DNA of 64,000 nt from the human T2T-CHM13v2.0 reference genome, Homo sapiens. Positions within the stretch are counted from its first letter, which is position 1; every line of letters begins with the position of its first letter. A program made the translations under genes and the position numbers. The stretch lies in assembly GCF_009914755.1 (NCBI RefSeq), contig NC_060938.1; one strand, written 5' to 3'. Below the pieces are notes generated by a model, which saw only the letters and a program-made list of their open reading frames with translations, did not search any database and was not told the DNA's origin. This document shows positions 44,191 through 64,000 of the stretch, piece after piece.

Positions 44191-45886
44191 TTCTATTCTG
44201 CTGTTAAGTTCATCCACTTTATATTTTGTTCTTGCATTTTTCCATTCTAAAATTCCATTGATTGTTGTTTTATATTTTTTCTCTGCTAAAATTTTCTACA
44301 TTTTTATTCATTGAGATTACATTTCTCTGAAATAGTTTAGCTAGTCATTTGTCAATTTTTTTGGACAGAATTTTTATTTTTTTAATTATTAGTGTTTCTG
44401 TCTTGCTTCAATAACTCACCAATATAATCGCTACTTAATCTACATTAACATCTTGGGTTTACGTATTTCGTATGTTGTCCACAATAACATGTAAATATAT
44501 ATGGGATTTTTTTCAACATTTTTATACATAAAATGAGATCAAATATGAACACTTTTTGGAATCTTGTTTTACTTATTAACAATATTTAGGGAACATTTTT
44601 AAAGCCAGTGACATAGCACTGTATCATTCTTTTGTATGGAGGCAATATTTCATGGTGTCAATGAAGTATTGTGACTTATTCAACAATTTTTTCTACTGGT
44701 ATTATTTATCAAATATGTTACAAAGAAAGAGATTATGGGAGCTAAGGGTTTATATGTACCATCTTGTTTTTAACATTTTTTACCACTTCATTTTGGGTGT
44801 TTTCTTTGTAACAGTACAGAAAAACATTTTGTTTTTACATTTAGTGTAATATTTCTGTCTTTTAATAAGAAAATCCAAATCATTCATATGTGGTGTAGTA
44901 ACACCATTATTTTTATCCCTACCTTCTTGTTATATATTTAAAAGTTTTTATTTGTATTGGGTTAACTTTAAAAAAATAATGGTTTGGTAGAATTCTAATT
45001 GTTATATTCTCCCCCACAATTGTTTGAAGTCCCTTGGCTCTACTGTTATGCTATTTGCTTTCAGTTTTACTGCCCTCATAAATAAAGAACAAATCTCTTT
45101 ATTATCACATACATACAGCGTATCATTTCTTTCACAGTGCTTTCACTTCTGTTAACTCTGATTCACAGCGAGTCTTCAAATAACATTGTTTCATTCGATG
45201 ACATATTGTTATAACAGTAATGAGAAATACAAAAAGGATTCCCAGCCAGGGCACTATCTGTGTAGAGTTTACACATTCTCCCCATGTCTGTGTGAATTTT
45301 CTCCCAGTTTTATCTCACATTCCAAAGACATGCACATTAAGATGATTGGCATGTCTAAACTGTCCCAGTCTGAGTGAATGTGGATATGGATATGAGTGTG
45401 CCCTGCAGTGGAATGGCATCCTGTTCATGTTTGGTTTCCATTTTGCACCTTGAGCTGCCGAGATGGTCTTCAGCCACTTGCAACTCTGAACTGGAATAAG
45501 CAGCTTGAAAAATCAATAAATGAATGGATACAAATAATTGTAAAATTAAAAACCCATAAAATAGACAATAATAATATATATGTATAACAATAAACAATGC
45601 CATAGGAAACTCAGTGAACTGGCCATATTTGTTATTCTTTTTGGACTGCCTGGTAGGAGGAGGTGCTCCTTACAATTTTCATTTTGTAAACATTTATTTC
45701 TTGATTTAATTCACCACCACTATGTCTGCTGTCACTCACTGAGTCACTCAATATTGGGTAAATAATTTTCTTGTTGTTGTTACTCATCTCTCTTAAATGT
45801 ATGTATAATTCACAATTATTCTAGTGTTTAATAATACAAGTGATTTGGGTTTTTATTTACGAGTTTATTTTGGGAGAGGAGCGTTC

Positions 45887-45895
45887 CAAGATGGC
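45887..45895 (+). promoter_or_regulatory. YY1-site remnant of the L1 internal promoter
   Basis: CAAGATGGC at the canonical position near the L1 5' end. Confidence 0.6.
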
Positions 45896-46881
45896 TGAAT
45901 ATGAACAGCTCCAGTCTGCAGCCCCTAAAGTGATCCACACAGAAGATGGGTGATTTCTGCATTTCCAACTGAGGTACCTGGTTCATCCCATTGGGACTGG
46001 TAGGACAGTGGGTGCAGCCCACAGAAGGTGAGCTGAAGCAGGGCGGGGCATTGCCTCACCTGGGAAGGTTTGGGGGATTTCCCTTTCCTAGCCAAGAGAA
46101 GCCATGACAGACTACCTGGAAAAATGGGGCACTCCCGCCCAAATACTGCGCTTGTCTCAAGGTCTTAGCAACTGGCAGACAAGGTGATTCTCTCCTGTGC
46201 CTGGCTTGGCAGGTCCCACGCCCACAGAGCCTTGCTCACTGCTAGCACAACAGTCTGAGATCAATCTGAGAGGCTGCAGCCTGGCTGGGGGATGGGCGTC
46301 TGCCATTGCTGAGGCTTGAGTAGGTAAACAAAGTGGTGGGGAAGCTCAAACTGGGTGGAGCCCACTGCAACTCAACAAGGCCTACTGCCTCTAGACTCCA
46401 CCTCTGTTGGCAGGGCATAGCCGAACAAAAGGCAGCACACAACTTCTGCAGACTTAAACATCCCTGTCTGACAGCTCTGAAGAGAGCAGTGGTTCTCCCA
46501 GCACAGTGTTTGAGCTCTGAGAAAGGACAGATTGCCCCCTCAAGTGTGCCTGACCTCCGTGTAGCCTAACTGGGAGACAACTCCCAGTAGGGGCCGACTG
46601 ACACCTCATATAAGCAACTGCCCCTCTGGGACGAAGCTTCCAGAGGAAGGATCAGACAGCAATATTTGCTGTTCTGCAGCCTCCACTGGTGATACCCAGG
46701 CAAACAGGGTCAGGAGTGGAGCTCCAGCAAATTCCAACAGACCTGCAGCTGAGGGATCTGTTAGAAGGAAAACTAACAAAGAGAAAGAAATAGCATCAAC
46801 ATCAACAAAAAGGTCATCTAAACCAAAACCCCATCTGTACATCACCAACATCAAAGACCAAAGGTAGATAAAATCACAAAG

Positions 46882-47897
46882 ACAGGGAGAAACCAGAGCA
46901 GAACAGCCAAAAATTCTAAAAATCAGAGCACCTCTTCTCCCCTAAAGGATCGCAGCTCCTCGCCAGCAGTGGAACAAAGCTGGACGAGAATGACTGTGAG
47001 TTGATAGAAGTAGGCTTCAGAAGGTCAGTAATAACAAACTTCTCTGAGCTAAAGGAGGATGTTCAAACCCATTGCGAGGAAGCTAAAATCCTTGAAAAAT
47101 GATTAGATGAACAGCTAATTAGAATAAACAGTGGAGAGAAGACCTTAAATGACCTGATGGAGCTGAAAACTATGGCATGAGAACTTCATGACACATGCAC
47201 AAGCTTCAATAGCCGATTCGATCAAGTAGAAGAAACAGTATCAGTGATTGAAGATCAAATTAATGAAATAAAATGACAAGACAAGGTTAGAGAAAAAAGA
47301 GCAAAAAGAAATGAACAAAGCCTCTAAGAAATATGGGACTATGTGAAAAGACCAAATCTATGTTTGACTGGTGTACCTGAAAGTGATGGGGAGAATGGAA
47401 ACAAGTTGGAAAACACTTCAGGATATTATCCAGGAGAACTTCCCCAACCTAGCAAGGCAGGCCAACATTCAAATTCAGGAAATACAGAGAACACCACAAA
47501 GATACTCCTGGAGGAGAGCAACCCCATGACACATAATTGTCATATTGACTAAGGTTGAAATGAAGGAAAAAGTGTTAAGGGCAGCCAGAGTGGAAGGTCA
47601 AGTTACCCAGAAAGGGAAGCCCATCAGACTAACAGTGGGTCTCTCAGCAGAAACACTGCAAACCAGAGGAGAGTGGGGGCCAATATTCAACATTTTTAAA
47701 GAGAGGAATCTTCAACCCAGAATTTCATATCTGGCCAAACTAAGCTTCTTAAGTGAAGGAGAAATAAAATCCTTTACAGACAAAAGCTGAGAGCTTTTGT
47801 CACCATCAGGCCTGCCTTACAAGAGCTCCTGAAGGAAGCACTAAACATGGAAAGAAAAAACCCATACAAGCCACTGCAAAAACATGCCAAATTGTAA
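46882..47897 (+). pseudogene. L1 ORF1p (RNA-binding protein), disrupted
   Basis: Start codon mutated (GATGGGG to GACAGGG) and internal stops. Peptides KRPNLCLTGVPESDGENG and EMKEKVLRAAR..QPRISYLAKLSFLSEGEIKSFTDK remain. Confidence 0.9.
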
Positions 47898-47960
47898 AGA
47901 CCATCGATGTTAGGAAGAAACTACATCAATTAACAGGCAAAATAACCAGCGAATATCATA

Positions 47961-51811
<3,851 letters not shown>

Positions 51812-54237
51812 AACATGAGATCACTTGGACACAGGGCAGGGAACATCACACACCAGTGCTCGTAGCGGGGTGGGGGCTGGAGAAGGGATAGCATTAGAAG
51901 AGATACCTAATGTAAATGATGAGTTGATGGGTGCAGCAAACCAACATGGCACATGTATACCTATGTATCAAACCTGCACGTTGTGCACATGTGCCTTAGA
52001 ACTTAAAGTATAATTTTAAAAAAAGAAAAAAACTTTATTGATGTCTTGGGATCAGAAATATGCTTTAGGAACTTAACCCTTGTGTTCATCAATTCACCTA
52101 TGGTAAAAGTGGTTTTAATGTATGTAATTTTACTTAAAGTTGCAGTTTCCAGGAACCTATGGATAACTCACTGTATATCAATTCAATTATTTTCTTGGCC
52201 TCCTGGGGTGCAGAAAAAACAGTGGTCTTCAGTCTGGCCTATGTCAACTTTTGCTCACATCTCCAAACATCTCTGCAGGCCAGAATCTTCCCAACATTTA
52301 CAGCTTTCTTGTCTTGCCCCACCCTCTCAGACACTTATCTGTAGGTTGTGATCTTGTGCTCTTGAGAGAAAGTCTTGCCCTAGCGCTAAGAGATGGGCTT
52401 AGTCTAACGTCTCATCTCTTACACAGTGGGGATAAGCCTGAGAACCTGTTTGGAAGGAGGCCACATTTGTTTCTCTGCCTTTCCAAAGTTATGTATCCCA
52501 ATTATATATTTGATTTTATATGCATTTGATTAAGTAATTTAACTGTATATGTATATATGTGCACACATAAATATAGTAATTTGACTATATATGATAAACA
52601 CGTAGAAATATGTGTATAGTTATTTGACTAAGATGATTTTTAATTGGCAAGAAAGTGAAGATTAGCCATTTTGCATAAACTGTCAAATTAAAATGTCCAT
52701 ATATCAATATTTAAGTTGATGTTATTCTACATAAATGCCTGGTTGCACAGTAGATATAACCCTATTTCATTATCATTAGCTTATATGTCAATCTTTATTA
52801 TGTGTATGACAGTATGCATTGACAGATGTCTAAACCAATCAGAAGTCTTATCTTTAAATGTACTCTGGGTTTACTCTGTGAAATTAAAGGTTCATTATTT
52901 ACATAGGTAGCCTAAGGATAATTCTTAACACATAGTTTTTGTACCTAAGTGTAATATTTTATTATTCATCTGAAATAGGAAATTAGTTTATATTGATGTT
53001 AAAATTTCCTATGAAATAAATTTATCATTGGAAAAGATAGCTAACGTCTTTGTAATTAAAATAAAGGGTTTGATTTTTTCTGTCATACTCAGTTTAAATT
53101 GGTAACCTTTATGGTATGTCTCTACTGAGAGAAAATTTGTTCTAAATCTATAAATTTGAATTTATAGAATTAGTTATGCAATAAGAAGTTATTTAAATTT
53201 ATAAAATTAGAACAAATTTTCACTCAATATAGTGACATGACATATAGATTAACTATTTTAAATAAACTTAAGCCTTTTGTAATATTTTAAAGCTTCTATT
53301 TAATTTTGCTAATATAGGAATGCAAGAAGCAAATAATAAAGTTAGAATTATGATTCTATTTACATGTACTTTAATAATAAATGAAAAGTGTAGAGGTAGA
53401 ATATCCAGTAAATATGCCTTTTCTTTAGTTATGCAGAGAGATGGAAATATTACCTTTTATTTATGTTTGAGTTAGTTCATAATTCAGAGTTAATTAATAA
53501 TGCTTATAATTTATACAGAAGAGAAAGGTAAACATAGCAACATCTAGAACAAACTAAAGAACATTTTTTTCTTGGAAGCACCTTATATCCCATAGTAGTC
53601 AAAATCCGATGGAAGAGAAGCTTTTCTAATATTGCTTCCAAAAATTAATTTACATTTTTAAATTACATGTTTATCCTTTTATTCATTATTTATTAGATGC
53701 AATAAGCAGTAATGGAGCAAAGTATAATATTTTTCTTCTGTTTATAAGAGGTAGCCAGTCTGATTCAGAAGGTAGACTCATAAATGCCGGGTACAGGGCA
53801 GTTCTAAATAGAATATTCTGTGATTGCTGTATAGAAAAGACTCTTTATTTGGGTATTTAATGATACTTATAAGTTTTTCAGGAAGAATTTTGGAAAGGTA
53901 ATGAAAGGAATCAGTTACAGGCAGAGTAAAGTGCATAGGCAATTTTAGAAAGGCAAGAATATTCATGGTGTTTTGGAAAATGAGAAGAGGTTTGTGTAAT
54001 TGCAGTATATCATCCCAAGGGTACATAGTGTGGGCTAAAAAGTGTAGCTGAACAGAAAGGCGACTCAATATAAGATAGTTTTTGCACGCTTTTAATGAAG
54101 AAAATATCTCCTCAAGCTTCAAACCACATTTGTATTTACTAAAATAAAAGGTACTTAAAACATACACAGCCAATTGTGAAACCAAGAAACAGGAATGATC
54201 ACGTACCAGGGAGAAAGAGGTCTGGGAAAATGGAAAG

Positions 54238-54587
54238 TGATATGGCTTGGCTGTGTCCCCACCTAAATCTCATCTCAAATTGTAGCCATAATTCCCTTGT
54301 GTTGTGGGAGGGACCCACTGGAAGATAATTGAATTATGGGGGTGGTTTCCCGCATACTGTTTTCATGGTAGTGAATAAGTCTCACAAGATCTGATGGTTT
54401 TATAAGGGGAAACCCCTTTCGCTTGGCTCCCTCTCTTCTCTTGTCTGCCTCCATGTAAGAAATGTCTTTCACCTTCCACCATGATTGTGAGGCTTCCCCA
54501 GCAACAAGGAACTGTGAGTCCATTAAACCTATTTTTCTTCCCAGTCGCAGGTATGTCTTTATCAGCAGCATGAAATCATCTAATACA
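54238..54587 (+). mobile_element. THE1B-like MaLR solo LTR
   Basis: TGATATGGCTTGGCTGTGTCCCCAC..CTAATACA. Perfect 5-bp TSD GAAAG at 54233-54237 and 54588-54592. Confidence 0.93.
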
Positions 54588-55181
54588 GAAAGTAAGAGAA
54601 TTAGCAGAGACTGAATCTTTAAGGTTACAGTGCTAGTGAAACTTGGCAAAGCCTCAGGTGCAAAGAGCTAGTATTTTAAAGGCAAAAGGGGATCTAAGGT
54701 CATGCAAGGTACAATTGAAACACTCATGCTTGCTGAAAGCTTTGGGGTGTGTTGCAGTTATTACAAGCAGAAAAATTGACTTAAAATAAGTTGAGAAATG
54801 GGGGAAACACACAGAGTCCCGGCAGTAGCACATAAACACAATCATATAGGAGTGATAAAAATGCCCTAGAACACAGAAACCATCGTTCTTCCACAGAAAA
54901 CAACCCCTCTGAAGATGAGCTCACAGTCAAAAATTGCAAACCACATAACAAAGCATAGCACAGTTAAGAAACACTTTAGAAAAGAGAGAGAATAGTTCTC
55001 ACATCAAGAATGAATATGATAAAAGTTTGAAAGATGAATTAAAATAATCACATTTTACATGAATAAGAAGAAATAACAAGAAATAGAAACCAAAAATCAA
55101 GAACAAAAAGTAAAATATGAAGAAACAGAAAGTAAATATTGCAAATAAAAGTCATTAATATTTTTAAAATCTTAACTAAGC

Positions 55182-55686
55182 CAGAGGTCCCCAACCCCCA
55201 GTACTGGTCCAATCCGAGTCCTGTTAGGAACCATGCCACACAGCAGGAGGTGAGCAGCAGGTGAGCAGGCAAAACGTCATCTGTATTTACAGCCGTTCCC
55301 CATCACATTACTGCCTGAGCTCCGTCTCCTGTCAGATTAGTAGTGCCATTAGATTCTCACAGGCGCAGGAACCCTATTATGAACTGTGCATGCAGGGGAT
55401 CTAGGTTGCGTGCTCCTTATGAGAATCTAATGCCTGATGGTCTGTCACTGTCTCCCATCACCCCCAGATGGGACCGTCTAGTTGTGGGAAAACAAGGTCA
55501 GGGCTTCCACTGATTCTACACTGTGGTGAGTTGTATAATTATTTTGCTATATATTATAATGTAATAATAATAGAAATAAAGTGCACAATAAATGTAATGT
55601 ACTTGAATCACCCCAAAACCCCAGACCATGGAAAAATTGTCTTCCATGAAACTTGTCCCTGGTGCCACAAAGGCTGGGGACTGCTG
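55182..55686 (+). mobile_element. MER1A (hAT-Charlie)
   Basis: CAGAGGTCCCCAACCCC..GGGGACTGCTG terminal repeats. 8-bp TSD AACTAAGC/ATCTAAGT. Orientation tentative. Confidence 0.88.
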
Positions 55687-55725
55687 ATCTAAGTAGCAGA
55701 TCAGATCCAGGGGAAGAGCGAATTA

Positions 55726-57850
<2,125 letters not shown>

Positions 57851-57866
57851 AAGAAGTTTGCATCCT

Positions 57867-58350
57867 AGCCAGATGTGAGAGTGGGAGCAGGTCACACTAT
57901 TACATAGGGTGCTCTGGAAAGGTCTCATTGAGAAGAGGACACTTGAAAATAAAATATTTGATAGACTAAGAAATTTGGTCAAATGGATAGTTATTAGATT
58001 TGTACTCTGGGCAGAAGAAAGAAATAGAGCAAACGCCCTATGCTGGGAACATGCATGTGCCCCACAAACCGCATGTTTGTCCAACAAATAGCAAAAAGGT
58101 AAGGCTAGAAAAAGTGTGAGAAATAAAAGTACCAGTGTTAGATACCATGCAGTTAGATACCATGATATGTAAGAAATTGTAAGAATAATAAATAAATTCA
58201 ATAATTTATGGAAGCATTTGTGAGTCTTAGCGAAGTAATAAGAGCTGGGACATGATTTATATTACAGGATCATTCTAGCTGATGTGTTGGGAATGGACTG
58301 TTGGGGTGGGGGAAAGTGCAAGCTTGGAGATCTGTTACTAGGCTAGTGCA
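57867..58350 (-). mobile_element. L2 fragment (continues left of the L1PA2 insertion, about 55825-55912)
   Basis: GGAAAGGTCTCATTGAGAAGAGGACACTTGA and AGGATCATTCTAGCTGATGTGTTGGGAATGGACTG..AGGCTAGTGCAGTA. Confidence 0.6.
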
Positions 58351-59819
58351 GTATTTCAATTCCAAAAGTAAGTAACAGGAAAAAAAACTAGACATAATTG
58401 TATTCAAAGGAATAACTACAAACATGGCAGAATTAAAAAAGACATGAGTCTTGAGACTGAAGCACTATACTGAGTCAAGAATATCACACTATGTATAAAC
58501 ATGTTCACACATATACCTCAAAACTAGACACATTATAAGGAAATTGAAGAAAGCCAATGAAAATGAGTGGAATTAAAAAGCATTCAGAACTTATCTATAA
58601 AAATGATAATTAGACTGAAGTGTGTTGCTCTTTAACAAAAATAGAATTCAGGTGCCAATTTTATACCATTTCAAAGTTATAAATCATTCCATATTCTGGT
58701 AATAGAAGAATAGATTATATCAGACTAAACCTCCCTTTGATAACAATTGTAAACTGTGGACAAAATATTTTAAAGCACAATGATTTGAAGTCACTGGAAA
58801 GGGATGAAACACTGGTAGAAAGTGGAGCTGATTTGACCTTTGAGAGGAGGAATAACCCTGAGTTAGAGCTATATTTATATAGTTCAAAGAGTGTTCCTCA
58901 GTCTACATGGAGTGGGAAGTTAAACTCAAACAGAGGTCTCCAGTGTTTTCGAATTGAGGCATCAAAGAATTTGGGACTGTCAGAGGGGGAAATGATCAGA
59001 AAGGAAGATAGTTCAGGGAACAGAGGCCAAAAACTGGCATATAAACTCTCCTTAATTTCTTGACTGATTATTGAAATATGAATGCATAGGGCCTCTCAAG
59101 AAGCACAGTGAAAAGCCACTGGAAATATGGAAGACTGAAAAGCTAAGCAGAAATTTCAGCTCCAGCTTTACTCAAAATATAACAACAAGTATACATTAAT
59201 ACATTATTGTTTAAGAATTGAACTTTGTTTCCTAAAAACAGAAAATTAGTTATCAAACAGTTTCTATTGATCAGGAAAGAACTCCTCGAGGGGGAAGAAA
59301 CAGAATTATGAAAGCATAAAATGCATATATCATTTCAGTCAAATACTGCAGATTAAGTAAATATATAAACTCACAGTAGTCTAGCATGTAATTACAAGCC
59401 CTAGCCCCAGTTTTTATCTAGCTGATGAATTGTATGTTTCCCGCCCAGAAGCCCTAAAATCAACCACTTTTGTTTCCTTCTTATGCAATTTTTGCTCCTA
59501 GCTTCTCTTCAAACTTTTGCAGAAATTTGAAGAGAAACTAGAGGAAATTTGAAGATTTCTATATGGAAATCTTATAAATTCTTAAAAACCACCTAGTGAA
59601 ATCTTTTCATTTCCTCTGGAAACTGTACAGCTGTATAATTTTGGGTACTACACATATAACTATCTATTTTTCTGTTTCTTTTGCAATATTTATGTCCCCA
59701 TACTTCTGTGCTAACATATATTATTAGTGGGACTATCAGAATATAGAAACCCAGTTAATCACATTAGGCTCTCCAATCTGTTTGAGTCTTATTATTGCTG
59801 TATGAATCAGAAAAGTTAG

Positions 59820-60050
59820 AATAATAATAGCTACCATTTACTATTATTGTGGTTTAAGTACTATATTAATTGATGTTAAAAAGAAAGATTTAACTCACCA
59901 ATCTTTTAAGTTATGTACTATTTTGATCTCTTTTTATAGATGATAAAACTGAAGCAAAGAGAGGATATATAACTTACCTAAGTCCATAAAAATTCAGAAC
60001 TATCCATCTAGTTGTGTGGCCTGCCCTTTTCATCACTTTTCTGTATTCTT
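59820..60050 (-). mobile_element. MIR fragment
   Basis: ATAATAATAGCTACCATTTACT..TTTTATAGATGATAAAACTGAAGCAAAGAGAGG..AACTTACCTAAGTCC. Confidence 0.7.
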
Positions 60051-60688
60051 TTTAGAAATTTAGGATTTACATCACTTAAACCCCAGATTTTACAGATGTT
60101 GAACTGGAAGTCCAGGAAATTTATGTGAGTTTCCTGAGATCTTCGTTGGAAATCCATTCAGCCTTCTTGAATTTCTAATCTTTCTTTGCATAAGAGTAAA
60201 TAATGGAATAGATTTTGTTAAGTTTAGTAAGAACATTGAAAATTATTTTTATGTATATGTAATAAGCAAGTAAATTTCTCCAAACATGGTTGAGATGAGA
60301 AACTTGTTGAATAACACATATTGCAATTGTGGTAAAAACTCCTTATAGCACACATTAATTAAGTGATCCACTACAAAATCTTTGATTTGTCAAACTAATA
60401 ACCTGCAGACATTTTGGTGGCAGAAGTGAAAGCCAAAGCAAGATAAACAAAATTTATATGAACTTAAATTTGAAATAAAATTTGTATAGAAAAAAATACA
60501 AAAAGAGAAATTAAATGCAGTTATAGCTTATTCTATAATTTCAATTATTTCCCAAATCATTAAAAATGTTTGATAAATACTAGTGTATTTTAGCACATTA
60601 ACAAAATCTACTAAAATTTAGTAAATATTTTTGTCAGAAATTCATCAATTACTATATTTGCATATATTACTTTTATTTTATATTCTAA

Positions 60689-60981
60689 TTTTTTTTTCAG
60701 AGACAGGATCTTGCTCTGTCACCCAGGCTGGAATGCAGTAGTGAGAGCACTCACTTGAACTCCTGGGCTTGAGCGATACTCACACCTCAGTCTCCTAAGT
60801 AGCCGGGACTACAGGCATGTGCCATTAGACTCAGCTAAAATTTTTTTTTTTTTTAGTTTTTGTAGAGACAGAGTCTTGCTATGTTGCCCAGCTGGTCTCA
60901 AACTCCTGGCATGAAGGGATAGTCCCTCTTTCACCTCCCAAAGCACTGGGATGACAGGCATGAACCCACTGTGTCCATTCC
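60689..60981 (-). mobile_element. AluJ, diverged
   Basis: GAGACAGGATCTTGCTCTGTCACCCAGGCTGGAATGCAG..CTCCTGGGCTTGAGCGAT; both arms present. Confidence 0.9.
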
Positions 60982-61189
60982 TCATATACTATCTTTAAAC
61001 AGTTATTCCTATATTGATTTTTCTCTATCCCCAATAAGGACTTAAAAATTAAATATTTGTATATGAGATTACAATATCCCACATGTGAAAAAAGGGCTAC
61101 AGAATAAGAGAAAATAAAAATTACTCCAGTAGTTATGAAGGTACTTATATATGGAGGATTTTTTTTAATTAATCAAAAGAAAGTTGTGA

Positions 61190-63003
61190 AACAGAAACTA
61201 TAAAATACAAATAAAAGTAATTAAACAAGACACAAACAAATGGAAAGACATCCCATGACCATGAATTCGGAGAATTAATATTGCTAAAATGGCCTATTTG
61301 AAGCAATCTACAGATTTATTGTAATTTTTATCAAAATACCAATGATATTCTTCACAGAAATAGAAAAAAAATCCTAAAATTTATCCTGAAGTCTGCAATA
61401 CCTCAAATAGCCAAAGTGGTCCTGAGCTAAAAAGAACAAAGCTGGAGGCATCACACTGTCTGACATTAAAATATGCTACAACACTATAGTAAAAAAAAAT
61501 AGTATGGTATGGGTTTAAAAACAGACAGACCACAGGAAGAGAATGGAGAATGAAGAAATAAATCCATGTATTAGCAGTTAATTAATTTTCAGTAAAAGTA
61601 CCAAGAGCATATAATGGAGAAAAAAAAACAACCTCTTTAATAAATTATGCTGGAAAACTAGATATCCATTTGCAGAAGAAGGAAACTAAACTCCTAAATA
61701 TTACCATATAAAAAATGCAAAATAGATTAAAAACTTAAATTTAACATCTGAAGCTATAAAACTACTATGAGAAAACATAGGGGAAACACTTCAGGAAGTT
61801 GGTCTAGGTGATGATTTTATGGCTAAGTGTTCAAAAGCAGAGGCAATAAAAGCAAAAATAGATTACTGGAACTATATTAAATTGAAAACCTTCCACATGG
61901 CAAAGGAAGCAATCAACAGAATGAAGAGACAACCTATACAATGGGAGAAAATACTTGCAAAAATTCACTGTACAAGGGACTAACATCTGGAAAAAACAAG
62001 GAACTCAAACAACTCAATAGCAATGAAACAGATAATCCAATTTAAAAGTGGGCAAATGAACTGAATATATATTTCTCAAAAGAAGATATAAATATGACCA
62101 ACAAATATATATAAAATTTCTCAGCATCACTAATCATCAGATAAATGCAAGTCAAAATGCCAATGAGATATCATCTCACCTCAGTTAGAATGGCTATTAA
62201 AAGACAAAAAAAATGCTAACGCGGATGTGGAGAAAAGGAAACGCTTATACAATATTATTGGTAATGTAAATTAATACAGCCATTACGGAAAACAGTATGG
62301 AGGTGTCTCAAATAATTAAAAATAGAACTACCATACAATCCAACAATCCAACTATTGGGTATTTATCCAAAGGAAAGGAAATCAGTAAATCTGCACCCCC
62401 TTGTTTATTGCAGCATTATTCCCAATAGCCAAGATATGGAATCAACATATATGTCCATCAAAAGATGAATGGATAAAGAAAATGTGGTATACATACACAA
62501 AGGAATACTATTCATCCATAAAAAAGAAAAAAATCTGTTATTTGTGGAAACGTGGATAAGCTTGCTTAACATTATGTTAAGCAAAATAAGTCAGGCAGAG
62601 AAAGATAAATTCTGCATGTTCTCATTTATATGCGAACTAAAAAAAATGAGCTTACGGAAGCAGAGAGTAGAATTTGGGTATTAGAGGCTGAGAAGAATAG
62701 AGGGGAGGGGAGGATAGGGAGAGGTTGGTTAACAAATACAAAATTACAGGTACATAGGAGGAATGAGTTATAGTGTTCTGAATCACTGAAGGGTAAATAT
62801 GGTTAACTAATTTATTGTATATTTTCAAAAAGCTAGGAGAAGAGATTTTAATGTTCACAACACAAGTAAATGGTAAATGTTTGAGGTGATGGATATGTTA
62901 ATTACTCTAATTTGATCAATTATACATTATATGTAAGTATTAAAATAACACTCTCTGTATCTGATAAATATGTAAAATTATCATGTGTTAATTAAAAATA
63001 AAA
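61190..63003 (+). mobile_element. 5'-truncated L1MA (L1MA3-5-like)
   Basis: Degenerate ORF2 3' third plus 3'UTR GGAGAGGTTGGTTAAC..AAATGTTTGAGGTGATGGATATG..AATTAAAAATAAAA. Confidence 0.88.
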
Positions 63004-63354
63004 GGGGAGAGGCATAAAAAAGTATTTTTAAAAAGAAACTTGTAAAAAAAACCTTGGTAGGTAGATAGATTTTTATTTATATTATATTGAACATAATATA
63101 TATATAGATATGTATATGTATCTATATAAAGACAACACAATTGGCTATGCTATTTGTGACAATGATGAAAGTTGTGATCTTATGTGTTATTATACATCTT
63201 AAATTTCTTATATAGTCTATTAAAATTAGAGATTAAACACAGATGAAGTCCTTGTGCTATATAGGTTTATACCTTACTTAAATCTGAGGTGGTGACATTT
63301 TGCAGACATTTTATTTAAGGTAATTAATTGCATCATTCATTAAGAACTGCTTTT

Positions 63355-64000
63355 CCAGAACAGAAGTTAACTGCATGGACTGAACTAATATAAGACTAAA
63401 ATACTCCTTTTATGACTTTTTGCTCAAAACGTTGCTGATTTTTTATTTTTCAGAGTCAAGAAAACTTTTGAGCTATTTACAGCTTGTAACAATTGAGCAA
63501 AGTATACTCCTGTGAACAAAATTTGGAGCATATTTGTTTCTCTACCTGATTTCTCCAGAATTTGGAAACTACTTGTGAGTATTCTTAACTTATGGCAATA
63601 TAGTTATTTGCATAAGTGCAATAAGAATGTTTTCTTTTGCAATGGGACACATTGGAGAAACTGGTTATTTTACCAAGGCTTTGACTGGAATGACATGCTT
63701 TCCTTTTAAAGAGTCATACTTGACTTATAGAGCCAATAAAAGCCCCTTGGGAAAACTGGCCTCATACCTCAACCACACAGTCCCTGTACAGGTTCCTGAC
63801 TTATGGTAAGTAAAGAATGCCACTTTCTGACAGGCTCAGGAGCCCCTAGTTATCTTGGGATCTCAGGAGGTGAGGAATTTAACCAACTTATATAGGTATT
63901 TGGTGGTTCAAACTCATGGCTGGGTTCAGGGCTTTATAAAAAAAAGTCTTATCTAAGATTTATTTTATGGAAAAAAGAGAAAAATTATTCTTGCTGCACT
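63355..64000 (+). mobile_element. ERV1 internal sequence (MER4-group), runs off the window
   Basis: TTAACTGCATGGACTGAACTAAT..CTGATTTCTCCAGAATTTGGAAACT..GGTTATTTTACCAAGGCTTTGACTGGAATG, recalled as typical of MER4-int/MER57-int-like internals. Confidence 0.7.

Noticed and set aside
52533-52636. Three ~19-bp repeats (AGTAATTTGACTATATATG-like) at 42-43 bp spacing, superficially CRISPR-like
   Set aside because: Degenerate, AT-rich and only three copies, with low-complexity spacers in a primate context and no cas genes; a decayed minisatellite.

Overview
This is an AT-rich, repeat-dense primate genomic window (human or another great ape, judged from AluY and L1PA2-type elements). It looks intronic or intergenic, and I recognise no host protein-coding gene. 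The long ORFs are LINE-1 ORF1/ORF2 remnants or artefacts of Alu, LTR and low-complexity DNA. Main contents: (1) the 3' part of a BC200 (BCYRN1) RNA-derived copy at the left edge; (2) a three-level nest of MER39-like LTR > LTR8 > Alu with all three target-site duplications (TSDs) readable; (3) about 13 Alus and one FLAM; (4) solo LTRs (MSTB, MER52, THE1B); (5) DNA-transposon fossils (MER91A, MER1A/B, MER6); (6) a dead full-length L1PA6-like element inserted in MER6; (7) two 5'-inverted (twin-primed) young L1s truncated at almost the same L1 position; (8) an L1MA 3' part and ERV1 internal sequence at the right edge. The most unusual items are a 44-bp TSD-flanked A-tailed micro-insertion of unknown origin, the tail-less CA-ending BC200 copy, and the paired twin-primed L1s. 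Repeat subfamily names come from recalled consensus sequences and were not searched. I found no evidence of a novel multi-gene system.
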